This document shows positions 50,482 through 58,589 of a stretch of 64,000 nt of DNA, one piece after another. The notes beneath the pieces are model-generated. The model was given only the letters and a program-made list of their open reading frames with translations. It did no database searches and was not told the origin of the DNA. The DNA is from an uncultured Acidobacteriota bacterium (GTDB taxonomy: Bacteria; Acidobacteriota; Thermoanaerobaculia; Multivoradales; UBA5704). The translations under genes and the position numbers were made by a program. The stretch is from NCBI GenBank assembly GCA_963700145.1, contig OY969474.1, forward strand, positions 3,232,001 to 3,296,000, read 5' to 3'. Every line of letters starts with the position of its first letter. The stretch's first letter is position 1.

Positions 50482-50645
50482 TAGAACAGCGTGTAGATGA
50501 ACGGCGCCGCCGCCTGGCTGGTGACGACGAGCAGCACGACCAGGCCCAGGATCAGCACGAAGGGCACGATCCAGTAGACCTTGTTCTGCCGCGCGAACTC
50601 CCAGACCTGGCCGAAGAGCGAGCCGACGTAGCCGAGCCTGCGCAT
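50481..50645 (-). CDS. DUF5989 / SxtK-like small membrane protein (54 aa)
   Basis: Manual translation MRRLGYVGSLFGQVWEFARQNKVYWIVPFVLILGLVVLLVVTSQAAAPFIYTLF; the terminal APFIYTLF is characteristic. Below the ORF-track cut-off. Confidence 0.88.
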   Translation of the reverse strand: MRRLGYVGSLFGQVWEFARQNKVYWIVPFVLILGLVVLLVVTSQAAAPFIYTLF

Positions 50646-50661
50646 CAGGGTTCCTCTCGAT

Positions 50662-52569
50662 TCAGTCCAGTTGGTACTCGGTCCGCCAGTCCCCCTGCTC
50701 GGCGAGCGCGGGCTGCGCCCGCTTGTCGAGCAGGTAGGGGCCGAGGACGAGCCAGTCCATTTCGGTGCGCATGAAGCAGCGGTAGGCGTCCTCCGGGGTG
50801 CAGACGATCGGCTCGCCGCGCACGTTGAAGCTGGTGTTGACGATCACCGCGCACCCGGTCAGCCGCTCGAAGGCGGCGATCAGGGCATGGTAGCGGGGGT
50901 TGGTCGCGCGGTCCACGGTCTGGATGCGCGCCGAGTAGTCGACGTGGGTCACCGCCGGGATGTCCGAGCGCGGCCGGTTGACCTTGGCGAGGAGGTCGTC
51001 GGCGTCGGGTCCGTCCCTGCCGGCCTCTTCCTCCTCCGCCGCCGCCAGGCGCCGCTCCGGCCGCACGTCGGCGACCAGCAGCATGTAGGGCGACGGGCGG
51101 TCGAGCTCGAAGTAGTCCGCCGCCCGCTCCTCCAGCACCGTCGGCGCGAAGGGGCGGAAGCTCTCGCGGTACTTGATCTTCAGGTTCATCAGCGACTGCA
51201 TCTTGGGCGAGCGGGCGTCGCCGACGATCGAGCGGTTGCCGAGGGCGCGCGGCCCGAACTCCATCCGCCCGTGGCAGAGGCCGACGACCTGCTGGTCGGC
51301 GAGGAGCCGCGCCAGCCGCGGCGCCCAGTCCTCGTCCGCCAGCTCCTCGTAGGGGTAGCCCTGGTGGTCGAGCCAGGCGCGTACCTCCGCGGGCGGGAAC
51401 TCCGGCCCGAGGAGCGCGCCCTGCATGGCGTCGCGCACGCGGGCGGTGACGGGGCGGCTGCCGTCGCCGCCGTTGCCGCCGGCCGGCGTCGCGACCGCGC
51501 GCGGCTTCCCCAGCGCGTTGTGCCAGTAGGCGAGCGGCGCCCCGAGCGCGCCGCCGGCGTCGCCGGCCGCGGGCTGGATCCAGAGGTCGTCGAAGACGCC
51601 CTCGCGCAGGAGCTTGCCGTTGGCGACGCAGTTGAGCGCCACGCCGCCGGCGAGGCAGAGGTGGCGCTTGCCGGTCACCGCGCGCGCCCGCCGCGCCAGC
51701 CTCGAGACCGCTTCCTCCGTCACCTCCTGGATCGAGCGCGCCAGGTCCATCTCGCGGCGGGTGATGCGCGACTCCGGCGCCCGCGGCGGGCCGCCGAAGA
51801 GGGCGGCGAAGCGGTCGTTGGTCATGACCAGCCCGTCGAGGTAGCCGAAGTAGCCCATGTTCAGGCGGAAGGAGCCGTCCTCGCGCAGGTCGATCAGCTC
51901 GCGGCGGATGGCGTCGGCGAAGCGCGGCTCGCCGTAGGGCGCGAGCCCCATCAGCTTGTACTCGCCCGAGTTGACCTTGAAGCCGGTGAAGTAGGTGAAG
52001 GCCGAGTAGAGGAGCCCGAGCGAGTGCGGGAACTCGATCTCCTCGAGGATCTCCAGCCGCTCGCCCTCGCCGACGCCGATCGTCGTCGTTGCCCACTCGC
52101 CGACGCCGTCGAGGGTGAGGACCGCCGCCTCGGCGAAGGGCGAGGGGTAGAAGGCGGAGGCGGCGTGCGACTCGTGGTGGGCGGTGAAGTAGATCGGCGG
52201 CGTCTCGGCGATGCCGCAGGCTTCGAGCGCCTCGGCGATGCGCGGCGGGATCCAGAGCTTCTCCTTGAGCCAGAGCGGCACCGCCTGGACGAAGGAGGCG
52301 AGGCCGCGCGGCGCCACCGCCAGGTAGGTCTCGAGAATGCGGTGGAACTTGAGGAGCGGCTTGTCGTAGAAGACCACCCCGTCGAGTCCGCTGCCGTCCC
52401 CGCCGATCCCCCCCGCCTCCAGGCAGTAGCGCACCGCGCCGGCCGGGAAGCCGGCGTCGTGCTTGAGGCGCGAGAAGCGCTCCTCCTGCGCCGCCGCGAC
52501 GATGCGGCCGTCCTCGACCAGGCAGGCGGCCGAGTCGTGGTAGTAGCAGGAGACGCCGAGGAGCTTCAC
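50662..52569 (-). CDS. O-carbamoyltransferase (NodU/CmcH/SxtI family)
   Basis: YHDSAA, EERFSR.KH, HHESHAASA, GEYKLMGLAPYG, EFGPRALGNRS, NTSFN. Confidence 0.95.
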   Translation of the reverse strand: MKLLGVSCYYHDSAACLVEDGRIVAAAQEERFSRLKHDAGFPAGAVRYCLEAGGIGGDGSGLDGVVFYDKPLLKFHRILETYLAVAPRGLASFVQAVPLWLKEKLWIPPRIAEALEACGIAETPPIYFTAHHESHAASAFYPSPFAEAAVLTLDGVGEWATTTIGVGEGERLEILEEIEFPHSLGLLYSAFTYFTGFKVNSGEYKLMGLAPYGEPRFADAIRRELIDLREDGSFRLNMGYFGYLDGLVMTNDRFAALFGGPPRAPESRITRREMDLARSIQEVTEEAVSRLARRARAVTGKRHLCLAGGVALNCVANGKLLREGVFDDLWIQPAAGDAGGALGAPLAYWHNALGKPRAVATPAGGNGGDGSRPVTARVRDAMQGALLGPEFPPAEVRAWLDHQGYPYEELADEDWAPRLARLLADQQVVGLCHGRMEFGPRALGNRSIVGDARSPKMQSLMNLKIKYRESFRPFAPTVLEERAADYFELDRPSPYMLLVADVRPERRLAAAEEEEAGRDGPDADDLLAKVNRPRSDIPAVTHVDYSARIQTVDRATNPRYHALIAAFERLTGCAVIVNTSFNVRGEPIVCTPEDAYRCFMRTEMDWLVLGPYLLDKRAQPALAEQGDWRTEYQLD

Positions 52570-52582
52570 GTCGCCGCCGGGC

Positions 52583-53074
52583 TCAGAACTGCTGGCGGTA
52601 GGACTCGGGGCCGCGCGGGCGGTCCGGGCGGCCGGCGCCGGGAGAGGTCCAGTAGGTCGCGGCGGCCGGGTCGAAGCCGGTGGTGAGGCGGAGGCGCCGG
52701 CGGGCGCGCTGCAGCGCCCCGAACGGCAGGAAGAGGAGGTAGAAGAGGAGCGTCATCAGGAGCCAGGTCACCGCGGTCCCCACCCAGCGGCCGAAGGTCT
52801 CGAGGGCGCGGGAGAGGCGGGCGTAGCCGCCGAGCGGCGAGGCCGCGGCGAGGAGCGCGACGGCGAGGGCGATCGCCGCCACGACATAGGCGAAGGGTGT
52901 GCGCCAGAGGAGCCAGAGGAGGACCGCCGCCGCCGCCCCCACCGCCCCCTGCACCAGGCCGCGCGCCCGCGCCTTGGCCGCCGCCCGCCGGGCGCGCTCG
53001 CCGGCGCCGGCTTCGCGCACCTCCCGGCTCCAGGCGGGCAGGCTCGCGGCGGGGTTCTGCGGTACGGCACTCAT
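52583..53074 (-). CDS. SxtJ-like membrane protein
   Basis: TM segments, FG..VG..VT..L..L.FYL...PFG, TYW, terminal Y.QQF. Confidence 0.72.
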   Translation of the reverse strand: MSAVPQNPAASLPAWSREVREAGAGERARRAAAKARARGLVQGAVGAAAAVLLWLLWRTPFAYVVAAIALAVALLAAASPLGGYARLSRALETFGRWVGTAVTWLLMTLLFYLLFLPFGALQRARRRLRLTTGFDPAAATYWTSPGAGRPDRPRGPESYRQQF

Positions 53075-53151
53075 GGCTTGAAGAGGGGTTCCCGGGCGGC
53101 CGGGAGGGTGCGTATCGTAGACGCAACCAGCCCCCTTTTCAATTCATTTGC

Positions 53152-53180
53152 TTGCAGCGATACGTCCAAAGGCTTACAAT
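53152..53180 (+). promoter_or_regulatory. Sigma70 promoter
   Basis: TTGCAG-17 nt-TACAAT upstream of AGGAGG and ATG 53252. Confidence 0.65.
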
Positions 53181-53251
53181 CGCCCCAGCTACTCGGTGTC
53201 GTAACCAGTTTGGCCTTCGGGGTTTCTGTGTCTTCAGGAGGTGTAGCCTTC

Positions 53252-54583
53252 ATGAAACGGCCGTTGCTCCTCGCCCTGCTTGCGCTCCTCGCCATCGCCC
53301 CCGCGCTGCACGCCGGCACCGTCTACGTGCCGGTCACCAAGGACGGGATCCAAAGCAAGACCTACAAGACGAAGGTCTGGGTGACCAACACCAGCAGCGT
53401 CGCCCGCCGCTTCACCCACCTCTTCATCCCCGCCGGCAGCAACGGCACCGTGCGCAACGCCACCCCGGAGACCCTGACGGTGCCGGCCGGCGGCACCCTT
53501 CTGCTCTCCAGCCTCGCGCCCGCCGGCCAGATCGGCGTGCTCGAGATCAGCGGCGCGCCGCAGCTCGTGGTGACCGCGCGGCTCGACGCCTCGGCGGTGG
53601 GCAGCGGCACGCCGCCGGTAGCGAGCGCGCACCTGCCGGTCGTCTCCTCGGACAACCGGGTCGAGGGCGGCAAGACCGCCTTCCTCCAGGGGCTGGCGCG
53701 CGGCCAGGCCGGCCTGATCAGCAATCTCGGGATCCTCAACCTGGAGCACGAGCAGAGCCAGTGCACGATCAGCGCCTTCCGCTCGAACGGCACGCAGATC
53801 GGCACCAACGCGGTGATCTCGATGGCGGCGCTGAGCAACCGCGAGTTCGGCGACGCCTACGGCCTGCTGCAGGAGGCGGCGATCGCCGACTCCTACTTCG
53901 CGGTCAACTGCGCGCAGGACTTCTACGCCTACGCCACGGTCCTCGACCCGGTCAACGCGCAGACGGTGTACGTCACCCCCTCCTACTCGCTGGCCTCGGC
54001 CCTCAGGGCGCCGGGAGAGCCGGGGGGCCCGCCGGGCACGGTGCAGTTCTCGGTGCCCGGGGTCTTCCTCGACGCCAAGTCGGGCGACTCCTGGCGGATC
54101 ATCGACCTGCCGGCGCATCCGACCACCCGCTACCGGAAGGCGGTCGTCGAGTTCGACCTGCGCGTCGGGCCGATGACCCTCGGGCCGCGCAACTTCTACG
54201 GCGTCACCAGCTTCCGCCGCAACGACAAAACCCTCTACTACGGCCTCATCGTGCGCGACGACCGCGACAAGACGATCCTCGACATGGGCGTCGACGACGA
54301 CATCGTCACCGGCAGCAACGGCGGGCCGTGGAAGGCCAACTCGAACTACTACGTCGTCTTCGACTACGACACCGACAGCGAGGTGCTGAGCTTCAAGCTC
54401 TTCCGCGCCGGCGTCCTCGTCGAGCAGCTCACCGGCAACATCAACCACACCGACATCATCGCCAACAGCAACCTGCTGCGCGTCGAGTTCGGGCAGAAGG
54501 GGGTCGCCGACTTCGCCTACTTCCCGCCCATCGGCTGGCGCTACTCCAACCTCAGCGTCCGGCTGGAGACGTTCGAGGAGTAA
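53252..54583 (+). CDS. Secreted beta-rich hypothetical protein
   Basis: Signal peptide MKRPLLLALLALLAIAPALHA; AGGAGG RBS; no recognisable catalytic motif. Confidence 0.75.
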   Translation: MKRPLLLALLALLAIAPALHAGTVYVPVTKDGIQSKTYKTKVWVTNTSSVARRFTHLFIPAGSNGTVRNATPETLTVPAGGTLLLSSLAPAGQIGVLEISGAPQLVVTARLDASAVGSGTPPVASAHLPVVSSDNRVEGGKTAFLQGLARGQAGLISNLGILNLEHEQSQCTISAFRSNGTQIGTNAVISMAALSNREFGDAYGLLQEAAIADSYFAVNCAQDFYAYATVLDPVNAQTVYVTPSYSLASALRAPGEPGGPPGTVQFSVPGVFLDAKSGDSWRIIDLPAHPTTRYRKAVVEFDLRVGPMTLGPRNFYGVTSFRRNDKTLYYGLIVRDDRDKTILDMGVDDDIVTGSNGGPWKANSNYYVVFDYDTDSEVLSFKLFRAGVLVEQLTGNINHTDIIANSNLLRVEFGQKGVADFAYFPPIGWRYSNLSVRLETFEE

Positions 54584-54684
54584 ACCTTCCCGCTTTCGCC
54601 ACGCGCCGCTCGTGCGGCGCCCGCGGCCGGCTCCTCCGGGGGCCGGCCGCTCTGCTTTAAAACGCCCGGCACGTGGGCCGGGCG

Positions 54685-56142
54685 CTACGACACGAAGACC
54701 ATGCTGGTCGCCAGCGCGAGGATGAGGACGGCCTGGAGGGCGGGGAGGGCGGACGCGGCCGGCGGGACGGCGGACGGGACGGCGCCGGGCTCCTCGCGCG
54801 GCGCGAGGACGGCCGCCGCGGCGAGGAGGCAGGCCCAGGGCATGAAGGGGAGCCAGATCCGCCCGACCTCCCCGCGCACCCCGCCCGAGAGGAGCAGGAG
54901 GTAGAGCGTGCCCCAGAAGACGATCGCCGTCGCGCGCAGCGGCCGCGGGGCGGCGAGCGCGCCCACGGCGGGCAGGGCCACCGCCGGCCCGAGGAGCAGC
55001 GTGAAGTCGTAAGGGTTCCAGAGCAGCCAGGTGAGGTAGCTGCGCGGCGCGACGGCGAGCTCGCGGTGGTCGGCCAGGGCGGCGGCGAAGGCCGCCCAGG
55101 GATCGTAGCCGGCGAAGAGGGCGAGGGCGAGCCAGGGGAGCGCGAAGCCGGCGGCCAGCGCCCCCCAGGAGGCCAGGCCGCGCGGGCGCCGACCTTCCTC
55201 CCCCTCTCCCCACCACGCCGCCGCCGCGACCAGCGGCGCGGCGGCGAGGGCGCCGTAGCTCAGGAAGGCGGCGAGCCCGAGGACCGCGCCCGCGGCGAGC
55301 CGGCGGCGCCACCCGTCACCGGCCGCCAGCGCCGCGGCGCCCACCAACAGGAGCGGCAGCGCCTGGTCGAGCGCCGGCGTGAAGAGGGAGCGCGCCGGCA
55401 CCAGCGTCCAGAGCGCGGCGGCGAAGAGCGCCGCGGGGGCGTCGAGCCCGAGCCGCCGCGCCAGCGCGTGGAGGGGGAAGACGGCGAGCGCCGACAGCGC
55501 CGGCAGGAGGAGGGCGAGGAGGACGACGGTCCAGGGGCTCGGCAGGCGCGGCGGCACCTCCCGGCCGCGGTCGCTGGCGCGCTGCCGCTCGCGCGCCAGC
55601 GCGTCCCGCGCGGCGGCGAGGGGCCCCCGCTCGCCGGGCGGCGCGAAGGCCTCGAGCCGGGCGCCCAGCGCGACGAGGCCGCGCAGTGCGAGGAGCGGCC
55701 CGGGCGGATGGGTGCGCGAATGCTGATTGAGGCCCTGGACGGCGCGCGGGTAGTCGGCGAGGAGCTCGCCCGCGGGCGGAGCGAGCGCCGCGTCCCAGAG
55801 GTAGCCGAAGCTGTGGCGCGAGGCGAGCGAGGCGGCAACGCGGCCGAAGCCGCCGGGCTGCGCGGCGGCCAGGGCCAGGGTGAAGAGCCAGGCGCCGAGG
55901 GCGAGGAGGGGCAGCGCCCGGCGCGCGGCGAGCCGGCCCGCCGCCGCCCGACGCGCCAGGAGGACGAGCGCGACGGCGAGGAGGCCCGCCGCCGCGGCCG
56001 CCGCCGGCGACCAGCCCGCCAGCCCCGGCGGGCGCCAGGGCCACTCCCACTCCGCCGGCCCGTTGGCGAAGGAGAGACGGGCGAGTGCCGCCTGGGCCAG
56101 ACCCAAGGTCAAGGCCGCTCCCCACCGCACGAGCCCCCGCAT
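54685..56142 (-). CDS. Multi-TM protein, probable GT-C-fold glycosyltransferase
   Basis: Many TM helices; HSRTHPPG, D-containing loop, GEVGRIWLPFMP. Confidence 0.55.
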   Translation of the reverse strand: MRGLVRWGAALTLGLAQAALARLSFANGPAEWEWPWRPPGLAGWSPAAAAAAGLLAVALVLLARRAAAGRLAARRALPLLALGAWLFTLALAAAQPGGFGRVAASLASRHSFGYLWDAALAPPAGELLADYPRAVQGLNQHSRTHPPGPLLALRGLVALGARLEAFAPPGERGPLAAARDALARERQRASDRGREVPPRLPSPWTVVLLALLLPALSALAVFPLHALARRLGLDAPAALFAAALWTLVPARSLFTPALDQALPLLLVGAAALAAGDGWRRRLAAGAVLGLAAFLSYGALAAAPLVAAAAWWGEGEEGRRPRGLASWGALAAGFALPWLALALFAGYDPWAAFAAALADHRELAVAPRSYLTWLLWNPYDFTLLLGPAVALPAVGALAAPRPLRATAIVFWGTLYLLLLSGGVRGEVGRIWLPFMPWACLLAAAAVLAPREEPGAVPSAVPPAASALPALQAVLILALATSMVFVS

Positions 56143-56166
56143 CGAATCAGCCTACACTCTCGCCCG

Positions 56167-57162
56167 ATGCTCCCGCCGCCGCTGCCGGAGCCCGCGCGCG
56201 CTCTCGACGTCCCCGGCATCCGCCTCGGCCACGGCTCCGACACGGCGGGGATGACCGGCGTCACCGTCGTCCTCTGCCCCGAGGGCGTGCTGGCCGCCGC
56301 CGAGGTGCGCGGCTCGGCGACCGGCACCCGCCAGTTCGACTCGCTGGTCTCGGCGCAGCACGTGGCGAGCCGCGCCCATGCCGTGGTGCTGGCCGGCGGC
56401 AGCGGCTTCGGCCTCGCCGCCGCCGACCCGGTGGTCGAGTGGCTGGCGGCGCGCGGCCACGGCTTCCAGACCGGCCTCGTGCCGGTGCCGCTGGTGCCCA
56501 CCGCGATCCTCTTCGACCTGGGCTTCGGCGCCGCGGACGCGCGGCCGACGCCGGCTCTCGTCGAAGCGGCCCTCGCCGCGGCGCGCGGCGGCCCGGTGCC
56601 GGTGGGCAGCGTCGGCGCCGGCACCGGCGCGACGGTGGGCAAGGCGCTCGGCCCGCGGCAGGGGATGAAGGGCGGCTTCGGCTTCGCCAGCCTGACGGCG
56701 GCGGGGAGCGTCACGGTCGCCGCGGCGGTGGCGGTGAACGCCTTCGGCGACGTACGCGACCTCACCGGCCGCCCGGTCGCCGGCTGCCGCACGACACCCG
56801 ACGGTCTCGAGCTGGCCGGCGCCGAGCGCGTGCTCACGGCGCTGCCGCCGGACGCCGCCCACCCCTGGGAGGGAAACACGACGCTGGCGGTGGTGATGAC
56901 CGACGCCGCGCTCACCAAGGCGGCGGCGCTCAAGGTCTGCCAGATGGCCTTCGGCGGCCTCTACCGCACGCTCTCGCCCGCCCTCTCGCTCTACGACGGC
57001 GACCTCGTGGTGACGCTCGCGACGGGGGCGCGGCCGGCGGCGCTCAACCAGGTCGGGGTGCTGGCCGAGCGGGCGGTGGCGGAGGCGATCCTGGTCGCGG
57101 TGCGCGAGGCCGACGGCTTCGGCATCCTGCCGGCGGCGCGCGACCTGCCGCGCCGCGACTAG
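56167..57162 (+). CDS. P1-family peptidase (DmpA/ThnT-like self-cleaving hydrolase)
   Basis: DVPGIRLGH, TGVTV, GGSGFGL, GAGTGA, GNTT autoprocessing site, DGD. Confidence 0.88.
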   Translation: MLPPPLPEPARALDVPGIRLGHGSDTAGMTGVTVVLCPEGVLAAAEVRGSATGTRQFDSLVSAQHVASRAHAVVLAGGSGFGLAAADPVVEWLAARGHGFQTGLVPVPLVPTAILFDLGFGAADARPTPALVEAALAAARGGPVPVGSVGAGTGATVGKALGPRQGMKGGFGFASLTAAGSVTVAAAVAVNAFGDVRDLTGRPVAGCRTTPDGLELAGAERVLTALPPDAAHPWEGNTTLAVVMTDAALTKAAALKVCQMAFGGLYRTLSPALSLYDGDLVVTLATGARPAALNQVGVLAERAVAEAILVAVREADGFGILPAARDLPRRD

Positions 57163-57839
57163 CTGCGCACGACGAGGGAGAAGCGGAACGGGGCGCGCCG
57201 GCGCAGCTCCTCGACCGGCAGGCCGTCGACCAGGGCCGCGACCTCGGGGAGGGTCCAGGCGCGGGCCATGGAGACGCGGCCGTCGTGGCGGGTGATCCGA
57301 CCGGTGCGCAGGAGGGGCAGGAGGACGCGCAGGCCCCAGGCGGCGAGACGGTTGCGGCGGAGGTCGACGATGGCGGCGCCGCGCTGCGCGACGCGGCGCA
57401 TCTCTTCGAGGACGCGGCGGTTGCCGGCGTCGTCGAAGTGGTGGAAGAAGAGGGTAGAGAAGGCCCAATCGAAGGCGCCGTCGCGGAAGGGCAGGGCGGT
57501 GGCGCCCGCGACGACGCGGAGCTGCGGCACGCCGGCGCGGCGGCCGAGGAGGAGGTGGCCGAGCTGGCGGTCGACACCGACGATGCGAAGAGGCGCGCCG
57601 CGGCGCGCGGCCGCGCGCGCCAGGGCGGCGGCGACGCGGCCCGAGCCGGTGCCTAGATCGAGAAGCCGCTGAGGGCCGCGGCCCGCGACCCGCGGCAGCA
57701 AGGTGCGCAGGAGCGGCTGCGCGCCGGCGAACACGCGGTTGACCCGGTCCAGCTCTGCGAGCGAACGCTCGCGCTCCGCCACGCTCAGGACTCCCTCGTC
57801 CAGGATCTCCTGGTCGTCCTCGATCGGCTGCCTTTTCAT
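57159..57839 (-). CDS. Class I SAM-dependent methyltransferase
   Basis: EILD, LDLGTGSG, LPF.DGAFD, LFFHHF, DL.R, HDG..S. Own extended -10 (TGTTACTCT) just upstream. Confidence 0.88.
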   Translation of the reverse strand: MKRQPIEDDQEILDEGVLSVAERERSLAELDRVNRVFAGAQPLLRTLLPRVAGRGPQRLLDLGTGSGRVAAALARAAARRGAPLRIVGVDRQLGHLLLGRRAGVPQLRVVAGATALPFRDGAFDWAFSTLFFHHFDDAGNRRVLEEMRRVAQRGAAIVDLRRNRLAAWGLRVLLPLLRTGRITRHDGRVSMARAWTLPEVAALVDGLPVEELRRRAPFRFSLVVRS

Positions 57840-57899
57840 TTGGTCGCGGCAGAGTAACAGCGGAAGGGAAGAGAAGAGATTCCGCTCGGGGCGGATAGT

Positions 57900-58071
57900 G
57901 CCGCGTGAGATGCCGGGCCACCCGGCCCGCGAAGAGGCGCGCCCGCTTCGCGGGTCCTGGTTGGGAAGGGCGGTGGCTGGTTAGCGGGTGGAGGCTTCGC
58001 CGCTAACGCACGGTGGCCCCTTCACCGACACGCGCCGCTTCGCAGGCCTCTGGCCCGGCACATCACGCGGC
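57900..58071 (-). ncRNA. Candidate rod-shaped structured RNA (about 172 nt; 6S-like size and shape)
   Basis: 57900-57920 pairs with 58051-58071; a second stem GGCC-GCGAAG-GGCGCG pairs with its complement; apical GTTAGCGG/CCGCTAAC hairpin. Identity not established. Confidence 0.4.
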
Positions 58072-58130
58072 GCCATGACTCGGAACTCTGAAGTGACGTC
58101 TGGCAGAGGAAGACCGCAACACCTTCCCCT

Positions 58131-58327
58131 TGTCATCCTGAGCGAGAGCGAACCCGCGCTCCGATCAGCGCCTGCTCCGGCAGGCGACCTCTCGGGTAGC
58201 GGCGCCCATCACAGGGCGCCGCAAGGATCTGGGTGGGGGGTGGCGCGATGCCGCAACGTCTTCGCGCCACCCTGCCCCCAGATCCCTCGCTCACGCTCGG
58301 GATGACAGGGGGGCGCTCGGGGTGACA
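58131..58327. repeat. Composite REP-like cluster
   Basis: Left unit TGTCATCCTGAGCGAGAGCGAA...GGATCTGGG is split by about 70 nt of hairpins; right unit CCCAGATCCCTCGCTCACGCTCGGGATGACA; partial third copy CGCTCGGGGTGACA. Confidence 0.75.
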
Positions 58328-58342
58328 GGAGGCCACCATCTG

Positions 58343-58552
58343 TGCAGTGGCTCCACCGCCGGTTCTAGGGCCCGCAGGTCTCTGGAGCGCCGGGCGCTCC
58401 GTCCGCTCCCCCTCGCAGTCCACCGTGCGAGGCGTCGGAGTCGTCACCGTGTTTGCAGGCAACAACCCCGTGTACCAGCACGCGTAGCGCGGACACAAAG
58501 GGGCGCCCGGCGCGGAGGAGAGCCTGCGGGCCCCCACACCGGAACGACCGCA
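58343..58552 (-). ncRNA. Candidate structured RNA (about 210 nt): long interrupted stem capped by a multibranch head
   Basis: Nested complements GGGCCCGCAGG/CCTGCGGGCCC, GCGCCGGGCGC/GCGCCCGGCGC and GTCCGC/GCGGAC; a 13-bp inner stem is complete only on the minus strand (four G-U pairs). Confidence 0.45.
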
Positions 58553-58589
58553 GCAAGCTCTTGCTGTTACCATCCCTTGAGTTCCGCTA

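Noticed and set aside
49267..53074. Saxitoxin biosynthesis
   Set aside because: No sxtA/sxtG-like core genes; only the accessory module is present.
58328..58552. Cobalamin riboswitch, SRP RNA, tmRNA or RNase P identity for the structured element
   Set aside because: Apart from an isolated GCCACTG, none of the diagnostic motifs is present.
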